Below are positions 28,900 through 38,895 of a stretch of 64,000 bases of DNA, in pieces (the stretch's first letter is position 1; the number at the start of each line of letters is the position of its first letter). The notes below the pieces were generated by a model, which was not told the origin of the DNA, ran no database searches, and was given only the letters and a program-made list of their open reading frames with translations. The position numbers and the translations under genes are program-made. Origin of the DNA: Nitrospirota bacterium (GTDB taxonomy: Bacteria > Nitrospirota > UBA9217); the NCBI GenBank assembly GCA_963840455.1, contig CAWIYV010000011.1:736001-800000 (forward strand), written 5' to 3'.

Positions 28900-31134
28900 T
28901 TATTCAACGATCGGGTAATACCATGCCCTGGTTGGTCCCTGCATGGGGTGGCAATTAAAACCTGCGCAGAAGGTCGGATGAACATCCAGCTGGTTTGTCA
29001 GATAGGCATTATCGGTCATCTTCCCTAGCCTGTTGGTTGCATCAGGGAATAGATTCGTGTATCCCATTTCGTTATACGTCGCACCATAAGGGATTGAAGA
29101 ACCATGCACATCATGGCAGTTGACGCAGTTGACCCCTGAGGTGGTTCCGGTCCCCCGGAAGTCCGATATCAGGATCCCGAGATGTGCCCAGTGAAGGTTC
29201 ATGTTGTCCCCCCAGAAGGTCGCGTCGTTGTACGCGCCGCCAGCCTCATTGTGATCGGCGAAGTGCGTTATCACCGAGGGTATCGTGTACGGCGGAGCGA
29301 AGCCGTTCGGCCCCCGGCCACCATAGGGCGACATGTTGTATTCCCAGTCGAGAATTCCGCCGGCCTTCACGCCTAATATGTCCTCCTTGGTAAAGCCGGG
29401 ATAATTTGCATGGCAGTCGAAGCACAGGGCAAAGTCCGCTGCTGCATACATGTCGTCATTGTCATACTTGAACGGTCGGGCAGCCAGGACCTGGTTCACG
29501 GAACCATGGGCATTCACGCTCCCATTGTTCCCATGGCAGCCGGTCCCCGGCTGGCCGGTGCCGAGACAGGTGAGCTTCTTGATCGTCGCGTGATTCCCGT
29601 TCGGGCCATGGCCATTGGTATTTGTCCAGCTGGTCTTTATCCTCATCGCAAACGTATAGGGCACAACACCGAGCGTTGAACCGTCGTTAAAGGGGGTCGT
29701 CGGTGTTCCGCCGGAAACAAAGGTAGACGCGGCGCCGGTGATGTCATGGCAGCTCAGGCAGAACGGTTCGAGCGTGGAGGGGCTCGCGGGATCGTAGGTT
29801 ATGACCAATCCGTTGTCCGCGTTCATTACCCGCACTGTCCCGCCCATGTGCTGCGACATGTCGTGACATACCATGCACTGCGTCGATATCGGATCATTCC
29901 CACCGGAAACATGATGGGACTTCACGCTTGCGTTCTGGCCAAAGTCGCCGCCCGGGCCCAATATCGCCCTGCGTGGGCCCATCACATTTACATGGCATAC
30001 GGAGCAGGGCGGCAGGCTTACCCCTGCCAGTCCGTACCAGTCGGGATCGGGCGGTATGTGGCAATACATCGAGGAACAGGTGCCCATCTGCGGCCCGGTG
30101 TCATTGGTCCATGTTCCGGTGGGGTTCGTAGAATCAAAATACACCAGCAGGATGCTAGGATCGGGCGTGTCCATGGTGCCGTTGGTATGGGATGTCTTCG
30201 CCTGGTAGTTGAGGTGGCATTTTGAGCATGCCATGCTATAACTTGTTACATGTTTCCCATGCTTGCCCGCAAGGCCACTTCCGTTCGTCGCGACCGGATC
30301 AAGCACGCTCGCGTAGCTCGAGGAGTGACAGGTCGTACATGCCGCGGGAAGCGTCCACGTTCCGGTCCCGTACCAGCTGAGCGTATTTGACGCGTGGCAG
30401 GCTACCGTCGCACAGTCGCCGGTCTGCGCGCCCGTATCATTGGTCCACGACGCGGCCGGACCGACGATGTTAAAACGGACGATGTTCACGGCCGGATCGG
30501 GCGTGTCGAGTACGCCGTTGGCGTGGGTCGATGCGCTCGGATAGTCATAGTGGCAACGTTCACAGGCAATGCTCCTTGAGGTGACGTGTTTCACGTGCCG
30601 GCCCGCAGGTGGGTTGCCGTTCGTTACCGCAGGGTCGAGTGCTGTCGAGAACGTGGATGCATGGCAGACGGTACACGCGGGTAACGTCCAGGGAGTCGTC
30701 CCGTACCAGTCGAGCGTCGCGTTACCGTGACAGGCAACGCCCGCGCAGCTTCCCGTCCCGGTGCCAGTATCGTTCGTCCAGAGGCCCACCGGCCCAACAA
30801 TGCCCATATTGACCACATTCACCGCCGGATTGCCGGTATCCAAGGTGCCGTTCATATGGGTCGGTGCGTTGATATAGTTTACATGGCACCTCTCGCAGTC
30901 GATACGCCGTTCCTGAACATGCTTGACGTGTTTGCCATAGGTGCCTGATCCGTTCGTGACCAGGGGATCAGGCGCGACCGAACTCGTTGCGTTGTGGCAT
31001 CCAGTGCAAGCTGATGCCGGCTGGCGGATGCCGGGTTTGTGATTGAACAGCGAGTCCGGACCGTGGCCAGAGTTATTGCAGCCTGCGATTACGAACAGAA
31101 GTGCTAGCATTGACCAGGTGAAACGGGTCTTCAT
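28900..31134 (-). CDS. Multiheme c-type cytochrome lipoprotein (CxxxxCH/CxxCH repeat type)
   Basis: Lipobox IAGC; 11 CXXCH, 4 CX4CH, 1 CX9CH; three ~76-aa internal repeats. Confidence 0.92.
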   Translation of the reverse strand: MKTRFTWSMLALLFVIAGCNNSGHGPDSLFNHKPGIRQPASACTGCHNATSSVAPDPLVTNGSGTYGKHVKHVQERRIDCERCHVNYINAPTHMNGTLDTGNPAVNVVNMGIVGPVGLWTNDTGTGTGSCAGVACHGNATLDWYGTTPWTLPACTVCHASTFSTALDPAVTNGNPPAGRHVKHVTSRSIACERCHYDYPSASTHANGVLDTPDPAVNIVRFNIVGPAASWTNDTGAQTGDCATVACHASNTLSWYGTGTWTLPAACTTCHSSSYASVLDPVATNGSGLAGKHGKHVTSYSMACSKCHLNYQAKTSHTNGTMDTPDPSILLVYFDSTNPTGTWTNDTGPQMGTCSSMYCHIPPDPDWYGLAGVSLPPCSVCHVNVMGPRRAILGPGGDFGQNASVKSHHVSGGNDPISTQCMVCHDMSQHMGGTVRVMNADNGLVITYDPASPSTLEPFCLSCHDITGAASTFVSGGTPTTPFNDGSTLGVVPYTFAMRIKTSWTNTNGHGPNGNHATIKKLTCLGTGQPGTGCHGNNGSVNAHGSVNQVLAARPFKYDNDDMYAAADFALCFDCHANYPGFTKEDILGVKAGGILDWEYNMSPYGGRGPNGFAPPYTIPSVITHFADHNEAGGAYNDATFWGDNMNLHWAHLGILISDFRGTGTTSGVNCVNCHDVHGSSIPYGATYNEMGYTNLFPDATNRLGKMTDNAYLTNQLDVHPTFCAGFNCHPMQGPTRAWYYPIVE

Positions 31135-31161
31135 CGCCGTGCTCCATTATCGTGAACAAAT

Positions 31162-31701
31162 CTATTTATGACATAACCAGCAGTTCATCGTTGGGCTGAC
31201 CGCGTGAGGCGCCGAGGTATGGGGCGACACCTTATGGCAGACCACGCAGTTGTCCGCGGGCACGAGGCCGGACCCGAAATGGCACCAGGAGCAGTGGCGC
31301 TTTCGCCAGCTGCCGGTGTGCGTACGCGGAGCCGTCTCGCTGTGGCAGCGGATGCAGTAATCCTGGCGGTGACACGTGAGGCAGCGCTCCCGGTTGCCAT
31401 CTGCCATCAGCCCATGACCCCGGACCCTCCACGTATTGTTATGGTCCCGCGGCATGGTCGTGGTATGGCAGACGATGCAGTCCGTCTGCTCATGGCAGGT
31501 GAGGCACGCCTTGCCCGGCTGGCCCGGGCTGTTCCCGCTGGCCCCGACCGCCCTCCCATGGTACTCGAGCCAGTTTCCTTTGTGAGAACCCGGTTTCGGG
31601 AAGGGGATCCGGGCATCCTGTCCGCCGTTCTGTGCCGCCAGGGCAACGAATCCGGTCCCGAGCACAAGAAGGGCCAGCAGGATGATCACCGTCCTTTTCA
31701 T
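31162..31701 (-). CDS. Periplasmic heptaheme c-type cytochrome
   Basis: Signal peptide, 7 CXXCH (alternative start 31722). Confidence 0.9.
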   Translation of the reverse strand: MKRTVIILLALLVLGTGFVALAAQNGGQDARIPFPKPGSHKGNWLEYHGRAVGASGNSPGQPGKACLTCHEQTDCIVCHTTTMPRDHNNTWRVRGHGLMADGNRERCLTCHRQDYCIRCHSETAPRTHTGSWRKRHCSWCHFGSGLVPADNCVVCHKVSPHTSAPHAVSPTMNCWLCHK

Positions 31702-31711
31702 AGTACTGTTG

Positions 31712-33088
31712 TCAGAAGTCATAGCGCATTCCCAGCCTCAGGGTCTGGTATTTCTCGAAACTGTGCTCGTATTCGTAGCCGCCGTTCACGGAGAACCCAT
31801 TGTTCAGGGGATACTTTCCGGTCAGGTACCAGGTGCGCACCTGCTCCCGCACCCCCAGTTCGGTATAGTAGTCGTACTTGTAGAGGCTGTAGTTGGTGCC
31901 GATGCTGATCCGCGCTTCCTTCTTGTTCTTCTTTATCTTATAGGACAGGTCGGCGCCGACGGCGTCATAGGACCGCCCCTGGCTCTCCCACTGTTCGAGA
32001 AGAAGCGTGCCGGACAGGTTGTTCAGGAGGAGGTCCATCACCTCAACATCAAAGTACGCGCGCCAGAACTCTTTGTTGAAAGGGCCCTCGTCGGAGGAGT
32101 CAAGAAGCTCGCGTTTGAAGTATCCCAGGTCCACGGCCACCCGCTCGGCGAAGAACTTGCGCACTTTGATGTCGAAGCTCTGATACGGTGCGGAAACGCC
32201 AATGACATCATAGTAGAGAGAGAGGTCCGTGGTCAGCTCGTTCTGGGGCCGGAACTGCCGGAAGTAGCTCGCGGTGGCATCGATGTTCGCGGCCTGCCAG
32301 GCGGTCGAGGCCTTGAGTGAAAGGTCGCGCGGCTCGCCGTCCAATAACCGGTACTTCGCCGCCACCCGGGTGTACGGCTCGAACAGCTGCCAGACCTTGA
32401 ACGATACCATGCGGTCGTAGATGGTCGCGTCCTCGGGAGTGAACTCCCGCTTGTCTTTCACGGCGAGAAAGTCGACGCTCATGCCCGTCGCCGGGAGCGG
32501 CCGGTAATCGAAGCCAGCGCCCTGAAGGGTATCCTCTCCCCAGTGCGCATTGACCTCATAGAAGTGGACCGCCGCGCCGCCGTAGAGCGTTAAGTTCACC
32601 TTCTCGCTCCCCAGGTCCATGGCCACGCCGTCGAAGAACACCGGCTCGTCACGGGTTCCTGACTGACGGCCGATGCGAACCCTCGTGAGATGCTGAACCG
32701 GTTCGTTCAGCACAACATTCGCCTCGTAGAGATAGGCGATCGTCCGCTTCCCGTAGGTGTCCCCGACATCTTCGAGAGGATTGAATGCGCTCACGTCCTG
32801 GTTGCCGTCCAGGTCCGAGCGGACCGAGCCCAGGAAATGGAACTCAAAGCGGTTGTCCTTCGGCCTCGTGATGTCGAGCCGGAGATCACCAAAGAGATCC
32901 TGATCGCTTGTTCTCCCCTCGGAATAGGAGGCGGTTCGGTAAACGTATCTGGCCGAAAGGTAACCGTTCACGGACAGGGATGGGTCGGGTGATGATGAGG
33001 GGGAAGAAAGAACAGCGGGAACTTCATCAGCTGCATAGGTCAGCAACGGGAACAGCAGGGCCATAACAATGACGAGCGATGAACGCAT
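31712..33088 (-). CDS. Putative outer-membrane beta-barrel (porin of a porin-cytochrome cluster)
   Basis: Signal peptide, amphipathic Tyr/Phe-rich strands, C-terminal LGMRYDF. Confidence 0.8.
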   Translation of the reverse strand: MRSSLVIVMALLFPLLTYAADEVPAVLSSPSSSPDPSLSVNGYLSARYVYRTASYSEGRTSDQDLFGDLRLDITRPKDNRFEFHFLGSVRSDLDGNQDVSAFNPLEDVGDTYGKRTIAYLYEANVVLNEPVQHLTRVRIGRQSGTRDEPVFFDGVAMDLGSEKVNLTLYGGAAVHFYEVNAHWGEDTLQGAGFDYRPLPATGMSVDFLAVKDKREFTPEDATIYDRMVSFKVWQLFEPYTRVAAKYRLLDGEPRDLSLKASTAWQAANIDATASYFRQFRPQNELTTDLSLYYDVIGVSAPYQSFDIKVRKFFAERVAVDLGYFKRELLDSSDEGPFNKEFWRAYFDVEVMDLLLNNLSGTLLLEQWESQGRSYDAVGADLSYKIKKNKKEARISIGTNYSLYKYDYYTELGVREQVRTWYLTGKYPLNNGFSVNGGYEYEHSFEKYQTLRLGMRYDF

Positions 33089-33329
33089 CAACAGGTCACG
33101 GCAGCAAGATCTGCGACAGGTCCGCACCGGCACGATCCCTCCATCCAAGTTGTTCACGATAATAGAGATACCCGGATAAAATGTCAATCGAATTCAAAGA
33201 AATACTGGTCATCCGATGTTGATCGCGACAACCTTTCTTCTGCCGCAATACGAGATGTTTTGCAACATTTTTTGCAACTCCAAGTTTTTCCGTTGATTTG
33301 AGTGTTGGTTTCCTATACAATTTGACATT

Positions 33330-34061
33330 ATGGGAAGGAAGCTGTTCGCGATAGTTTTTGTCTCCATCATCGTCCTGGCTCCGCTCGTCCTGAGCGCGGC
33401 GGAACCCCAGTGCCTCGACTGCCATCCCGATAAACGAGAAGGGAACGTGGTGCATCCTGCGATTGAAATGGGATGCAGCTCGTGCCATGTCGGGAACCAT
33501 CAAGGTGAAAAGCCTTCTCCGAAGCTCTCGGCTGCCGTTCCGGACCTTTGCTTCACCTGCCACGACAAGGCAGCGTTCGAAAAGAAGTCGGTTCATACGC
33601 CGGTCGCCGGCGGCATGTGCACCTCCTGCCACAATCCCCATTCGAGCAAGAACGCGAAACTCCTGACTGCCCTGCCGCCAGACCTGTGCTTCACCTGCCA
33701 TGACAAGAGCATGTTCACAAAAAAGACGGTCCATCCTCCGGTTAAGGACGGCCAGTGCACCTACTGCCATTCACCCCACGCTTCGGATCATCCCGCCGTG
33801 CTCACCCAGCCCCTTGCGGACCTCTGCGCCACCTGTCATGACCAGCAGACATCGGGTCGACACGTGATGGCGGCCTTCAGCGCATCCGATACCCATCCGG
33901 TGAAAGGCAAGCCTGATCCTTCGCAATCCGGCAGGGAGCTTTCCTGCACGAGCTGCCACAACCCCCATGCGTCTGAACGGAAGAAGCTTTTTGCGAGCGA
34001 AGAAAAAAGCCCGGGAAATCTCTGCCTCCTGTGCCACAAGAAGATCATGGTACGGCCATGA
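33330..34061 (+). CDS. Nonaheme c-type cytochrome (doubled CXXCH repeats)
   Basis: Signal peptide; 9 CXXCH in VHxPV..G.CxxCHxPH.S repeats. Confidence 0.92.
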   Translation: MGRKLFAIVFVSIIVLAPLVLSAAEPQCLDCHPDKREGNVVHPAIEMGCSSCHVGNHQGEKPSPKLSAAVPDLCFTCHDKAAFEKKSVHTPVAGGMCTSCHNPHSSKNAKLLTALPPDLCFTCHDKSMFTKKTVHPPVKDGQCTYCHSPHASDHPAVLTQPLADLCATCHDQQTSGRHVMAAFSASDTHPVKGKPDPSQSGRELSCTSCHNPHASERKKLFASEEKSPGNLCLLCHKKIMVRP

Positions 34062-34534
34062 AACCCATCCTCTTCTCTTTCTATACCCTCACCCTTGCGC
34101 TCTGGACCGGCGGTATGGCCCTGTTCACCTTCATCGTCACACCGGCGATCTTTCGATCCTACGGGAGGGACCAGGCGGGAGAGATCGTGGGAAAACTTTT
34201 CCCTGGTTACTTCCTCTACCTGCTCGTGCTATCGGCCCTGGCGCTGGTGCTGTTCTTCCTGCTCAGCGCGGACCACGCGTCGCGCCCCATCCGCGCCTCC
34301 CTCTTCCTGCTTGTCGTTGCGGTCATCATCAACGTCTATGTCCTGCTCTCGCTCCACCCGAAGGCGGTCCAGATAAAGCAGCAGGTTGTCTCCTTCGAGA
34401 AGGCAGCGCCTGATTCGCCCGCCCGTAGGGAATTCCGGAAGCTCCACGGCATCAGCGCCGTCCTGAACCTCGCCCTCCTGGCGGACGGCATTGCGCTCCT
34501 TGCGCTCAGTAGAAACTTCGTCAATGGCAGGTAA
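34058..34534 (+). CDS. DUF4149 family membrane protein
   Basis: 4 TMs; W.GG..F.FIV.P.IF, AG.IVG.LFP.YF, FRKLHG.S; ATGA overlap with the cytochrome gene. Confidence 0.8.
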   Translation: MKPILFSFYTLTLALWTGGMALFTFIVTPAIFRSYGRDQAGEIVGKLFPGYFLYLLVLSALALVLFFLLSADHASRPIRASLFLLVVAVIINVYVLLSLHPKAVQIKQQVVSFEKAAPDSPARREFRKLHGISAVLNLALLADGIALLALSRNFVNGR

Positions 34535-34806
34535 CGATAGCCGCCATACCGCTTCGGGCAGTACAGAGCTCATGTCAACTTCCTGTACGCTGCACGACAA
34601 TCATCCGAACACCGTAAGAAGGAGAGACGGGCAGGACCTGTTGAGAATCGGACCTATCTTCGTCCTCGCCTGCCCGTTGCCTACGAACTTCTTCCTAGGA
34701 ACTATTGCCCCTCAGGATAAGAACTAATCCCAATTTCCTTTTCTCCCTCCCCGAGGTATCCTTGAATCAACAAGAACAAGAGACCACCCTTAAGGAGGGA
34801 CAGAAC

Positions 34807-35175
34807 ATGTTGAACAACGGCGGACAGACGGCAAAGGCAGGGACCTACTGGAACCTTTCGAACGGCAGCCGGGTGCAGATGGAACAGGAAGGCGTGCTTC
34901 CGGGCAGCGGAACGACCCGGTACATCAAGGCGCACGTTGCAGTGATGCTGATGGCGGCACCGGTCATCGGCCTGGTCTTTGCGGTGTTCCTTCCCTTCAT
35001 TGGCATCGTGATGACCCTGAACCTGGTCGGCAAAAAGCTCATTGAAAGCGCAGCATCGGTGGCAACGGGCAGCGTATCCTTCGGATGGCGGCCCATCGAG
35101 GCCTACCTGGCCGGGAGAAAGATGATGAAGGCCAAGAGGACGAAGAGGGCTGAGAAGGATGCCGACAAAGAGTAG
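34807..35175 (+). CDS. Hypothetical membrane protein
   Basis: RBS AAGGAGG; GTYWNL...LPG...Y, TM segment FAVFLPFIG, FGWRP; terminator follows. Confidence 0.7.
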   Translation: MLNNGGQTAKAGTYWNLSNGSRVQMEQEGVLPGSGTTRYIKAHVAVMLMAAPVIGLVFAVFLPFIGIVMTLNLVGKKLIESAASVATGSVSFGWRPIEAYLAGRKMMKAKRTKRAEKDADKE

Positions 35176-35201
35176 GTCGGTAACCGGCAACCATGATACG
35201 G

Positions 35202-35231
35202 CGGGACAGGTCGCACTGTCCCGTTTTTATT
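35202..35231 (+). terminator. Rho-independent terminator
   Basis: cgggacag-gtcgca-ctgtcccg followed by T-run. Confidence 0.75.
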
Positions 35232-35359
35232 TGCTAGGGAGCTTCGTGCAGGTTATCCTGCAGAATAGCTGCGTCACATACCCCTCTCCAGTCCTCGTGC
35301 ACAAGAAACAACTTAATTCTTCCCTCGGTTTTAGTACCCCGCTTTACGGCCGTTCTTCT

Positions 35360-35453
35360 TGAATCCAGGAGCGAGCGATTGCGGGGTGGAGATGGATAAA
35401 CATAACTACCCTGAGGATCGAAGCACCCTGTAGCTAGCTGCAGGGTGCTTCAA
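35360..35453. repeat. Repeat family B copy (MITE-like, internally degenerate)
   Basis: tgaatccaggagcgagcg...ccctgaggatcgaag...ccctgtagctagctgcaggg..cttcaa. Confidence 0.7.
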
Positions 35454-35655
35454 CCTCTCGCCTTCATCGTCCTGGTTGTCACGATCATTGCCGGGCTCCT
35501 TCGGATATCGGATCGGCCCGACACAGGGCAAAAAGAATAAGGACAGCCATTGACCGCTGTTTCCCCGCGTCACCTTGGCCTTGCTACGGTGCTAAGCCTC
35601 TCGATGTATCCGCATCTCCCTTGACCATTCGCCTATCCTCGACTACACTTGAGAC

Positions 35656-37746
35656 ATGCTCTCGGCCTTGTTCAATCCGCAGTCCATCGCGGTTATCGGC
35701 GCTTCTGCGGACGCGAAAAAAGTTGGACATGCCGTCCTTCAGAACCTCATCCAGTACCGCTATAAGGGGCGGCTCATCCCGGTGAACCCCAGCTGCCCCG
35801 AGATCCTCGGCCTCAAAACCTACCCCAAGGTATCCACGGCAGAGGAAAGGACCGACCTGGCGATCATCGCCGTGCCGGCCAAGTTCGTTCCTGACACGCT
35901 CATCGACTGTTCCGTTGCCGGCGTCAAGGCCGCTGTCATCCTGAGTGCAGGATTCAAGGAGGCCGGCGCCGAAGGAACGCGCCTTGAGCAGACCGTCAAG
36001 GACATCGCGAAAAAGCGCGGCATCCGCGTCCTGGGCCCCAACTGCCTGGGCCTTATCAACACCGGGAACGACATGAACGCCACCTTTGCCGGCGGCATGC
36101 TGCCGAAAGGGCGGATCGCCTTCTTCTCGCAGTCCGGCGCGCTCGGCATCGCCATCCTGGACTGGGCCCTCGGGAACAGGATCGGCTTCTCCAAGTTCAT
36201 CAGCCTCGGGAACAAGGCGGACCTGAACGAGATCGACTTCATCGAATATTTCATGAACGATCCCGATACGGACATCATTCTGGGCTACATCGAGGACGTG
36301 GTGAGCGGCACACGGTTCCTCAAGGCCGCGTCACTGGCAACACGGGTCAAACCCATCGTTCTGCTCAAATCCGGCGGCACCGAGGCAGGCGCCCGGGCCG
36401 CGTCGTCCCACACCGGCGCGCTGGCCGGATCGGACGTGGCCTTCGACGCAGCTTTCCGCCAATCCGGAGTGATCCGCGCCTCGGGCGTCGAGGAGCTTTT
36501 TGACACGGCCATGACCTTCTCAGGCAGGAAGCTCCCTGCCGGGAACAGGCTGCTCATCGTCACGAACGCCGGCGGGCCCGGCATCCTCGCTGCGGACACG
36601 GCCGAGCGCATCGGCGTCAAGCTCCCGCAAATGACGAAGGATACGCTCGACGCGCTGATCAAGCAGCTGCCGCCCAGCGCTTCGGTCTACAATCCCGTGG
36701 ACCTGATCGGCGATGCCACGTCGGAGCGCTATGCCGTAGCAATGGAGAAGGCCGTGGCAGACCCCAATGTGGACGGCGTGCTCGTGATCCTGACGCCCCA
36801 GGCAATGACGGACGTGGATAACGTGGCAGATCTCACGATCCGGACGTCGAACACAACGGACAAGCCGATCCTCACGTCCTTTATGGGATCGCTTAGCGTA
36901 CAAGGTGCGGTGGAGAAGCTCAAGCAGGGATCCATACCGAACTTTTCCTATCCCGAGACCGCTGTCCGTGCGTTCAAGAAGCTCGCCGATTACCGGCAGT
37001 GGCAGACCGTGAAGGACGAGGAACTCCACGTGGGCTGGTTCAACGAGGACGCCGTGCAGGACCAGATAGACGCCCTCCTGAAGCGCGGTGTGTACCAGGC
37101 AGGAGAAGAGGAAGCCGTGGCCATGCTCGCTCTGTACGGCTTCAAGTTCCCCCAACGGCTCCTGGCGCGCACGGCAAAGGAAGCCGGAGCAGCAGGCGCG
37201 AAGATCGGCTTCCCGGTTGTAATGAAGATATCGTCCCCCGACATCCTGCACAAGACCGATGTGGGCGGCGTAAAGGTCGGTGTGCGGACCGCGAAGGAGG
37301 CCGAGGAGGCATTCCTGGCCATCACGGCGAACGCCCGCCGGTTCATGCCCGAGGCCTTCCTCAAGGGCGTCATGGTCTACGAGATGGTCAAGGGCGGCAA
37401 AGAGGTCATCCTGGGCGTCACCACCGATCGGACCTTCGGCCGCATGATCATGTTCGGGTTGGGCGGCATCTACGTCGAGGTCCTGAAGGACGTGTCCTTC
37501 CGCATCGTGCCGGTCACACGCCGGGACGCCCAGACCATGGTGGGCGAGATCAGGACCGTGGGGCTGCTCAAGGGTGCGCGGGGCGAGAAGTCCGTTGATC
37601 TTGCCGCCATCGCCGACAATATCGTCAGGCTCTCCGCCTTCGTGACGGCCTTCCCGGAGGTCCAGGAGCTGGACATCAATCCGCTGGTCGTGATGGAGCA
37701 GGGCGCCGTCGCGCTTGACGCGCGTATCATCTTTAAGCATATGTAA
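35656..37746 (+). CDS. ADP-forming acetate/acyl-CoA ligase (fused alpha/beta)
   Basis: AVIGAS, GPNCLG, SQSGA, SHTGALAG, HKTDVGGV, ELDINPL. Confidence 0.92.
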   Translation: MLSALFNPQSIAVIGASADAKKVGHAVLQNLIQYRYKGRLIPVNPSCPEILGLKTYPKVSTAEERTDLAIIAVPAKFVPDTLIDCSVAGVKAAVILSAGFKEAGAEGTRLEQTVKDIAKKRGIRVLGPNCLGLINTGNDMNATFAGGMLPKGRIAFFSQSGALGIAILDWALGNRIGFSKFISLGNKADLNEIDFIEYFMNDPDTDIILGYIEDVVSGTRFLKAASLATRVKPIVLLKSGGTEAGARAASSHTGALAGSDVAFDAAFRQSGVIRASGVEELFDTAMTFSGRKLPAGNRLLIVTNAGGPGILAADTAERIGVKLPQMTKDTLDALIKQLPPSASVYNPVDLIGDATSERYAVAMEKAVADPNVDGVLVILTPQAMTDVDNVADLTIRTSNTTDKPILTSFMGSLSVQGAVEKLKQGSIPNFSYPETAVRAFKKLADYRQWQTVKDEELHVGWFNEDAVQDQIDALLKRGVYQAGEEEAVAMLALYGFKFPQRLLARTAKEAGAAGAKIGFPVVMKISSPDILHKTDVGGVKVGVRTAKEAEEAFLAITANARRFMPEAFLKGVMVYEMVKGGKEVILGVTTDRTFGRMIMFGLGGIYVEVLKDVSFRIVPVTRRDAQTMVGEIRTVGLLKGARGEKSVDLAAIADNIVRLSAFVTAFPEVQELDINPLVVMEQGAVALDARIIFKHM

Positions 37747-37765
37747 GTGATTGCAGGAGGTTCTC

Positions 37766-38830
37766 ATGGTTCCCATCTTTCTGGCATCGACAACACCCTA
37801 TTCGGGCAAGACCCTCATCGCGCTCGGTCTGGCGCTCAAGCTTCGGGAGCAGGGGTTCTCTGTGGGGTATATCAAACCGCTGGGAACAACACCGGTGATG
37901 GTCGGCAAGGACCTCTACGACGCCGACGCGGTTTTCATCAAGGAGGCGCTCGAGCTACCCGAGCCACTCAGTACGGTCTCGCCCTTCGTGCTGGACTACG
38001 AGACCCAGACCCGGATCTTCACCGGTCAAGCGCCCGATGCGAAAGCACGCGTCCTCGCAGCTTTCCGATCGTTTAAGGCAAAGGACTTCATTCTCCTGGG
38101 CGGCCCGGCCAGCCTGTTCGAGGGCGGCCTCCTGGGCATCAATGTCCTGTCGCTCATGACCGCGCTCAATGCCAGGGTCCTGATGATCGAGCCCTGGGTG
38201 GGAGAGCTGACCGCCGACACCCTGCTCGGCATGCGCAAGTTTATGGGAAAGCGTTTTCTCGGCGGGGTGATCAACAAGGTCTCTCCCGCGGCCGCGGGCT
38301 ATGTGAGCGAGACGGTCCGACCCTTCCTCGAAAAGGCAGGCGTCAAGGTCTTCGGCGTATTTCCCCGGGACAAGTTCCTGGGCTCCATCAGCGTCCGGCA
38401 GATCACCGACCTTCTGCATGGAAAGGTGCTCTGCTGCGAGAACGGGCTCGACGAGTTTATCGAGAACTTTTCCATCGGCGCTATGGATGTGGACAGCGCA
38501 CTCAGCTATTTCCGCAGGACGCCGAACAAGGCGGTCATCACCGGTGCACATCGCTCGGACATCCAGCTTGCGGCGCTCGAGACCTCGACGCGATGCATCA
38601 TCCTCACCGGCGGCCTGTCCACGAACGATGTGGTCATCGGCAAGGCCCAGATGAAAGGTGTACCCATCATCTCCGTGGCGGACGACACCTTCACGACCAT
38701 CGACAGGATCGAGGCGACCATCGGCAGGACCCGGATCCGCGAGAAGGCCAAGCTCGACCGCGCGAAGGAGCTCATGGGCATCGAGTTCGACCTGCAGCGG
38801 TTCCTGAAGGCCGCGGCGCGCCGCTCGTAA
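37766..38830 (+). CDS. Phosphotransacetylase N-terminal-like protein (AAA_26 + DRTGG)
   Basis: SGKT, GYIKP, ITGAHRSDIQ, ILTGG; no Pta catalytic domain. Confidence 0.88.
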   Translation: MVPIFLASTTPYSGKTLIALGLALKLREQGFSVGYIKPLGTTPVMVGKDLYDADAVFIKEALELPEPLSTVSPFVLDYETQTRIFTGQAPDAKARVLAAFRSFKAKDFILLGGPASLFEGGLLGINVLSLMTALNARVLMIEPWVGELTADTLLGMRKFMGKRFLGGVINKVSPAAAGYVSETVRPFLEKAGVKVFGVFPRDKFLGSISVRQITDLLHGKVLCCENGLDEFIENFSIGAMDVDSALSYFRRTPNKAVITGAHRSDIQLAALETSTRCIILTGGLSTNDVVIGKAQMKGVPIISVADDTFTTIDRIEATIGRTRIREKAKLDRAKELMGIEFDLQRFLKAAARRS

Positions 38831-38895
38831 TATTGGGGGACCGGGGCAAGGCTCCTTGGTTCCTCATCCGACCCGCTCTGCAGCAAAGGACCTTT

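Noticed and set aside
34535-34800. Possible riboswitch or sRNA in long intergenic regions (also 57520-57780, 58420-58610)
   Set aside because: No c-di-GMP, SAM, TPP, cobalamin or other aptamer consensus recognised by eye; an Rfam scan would be needed.
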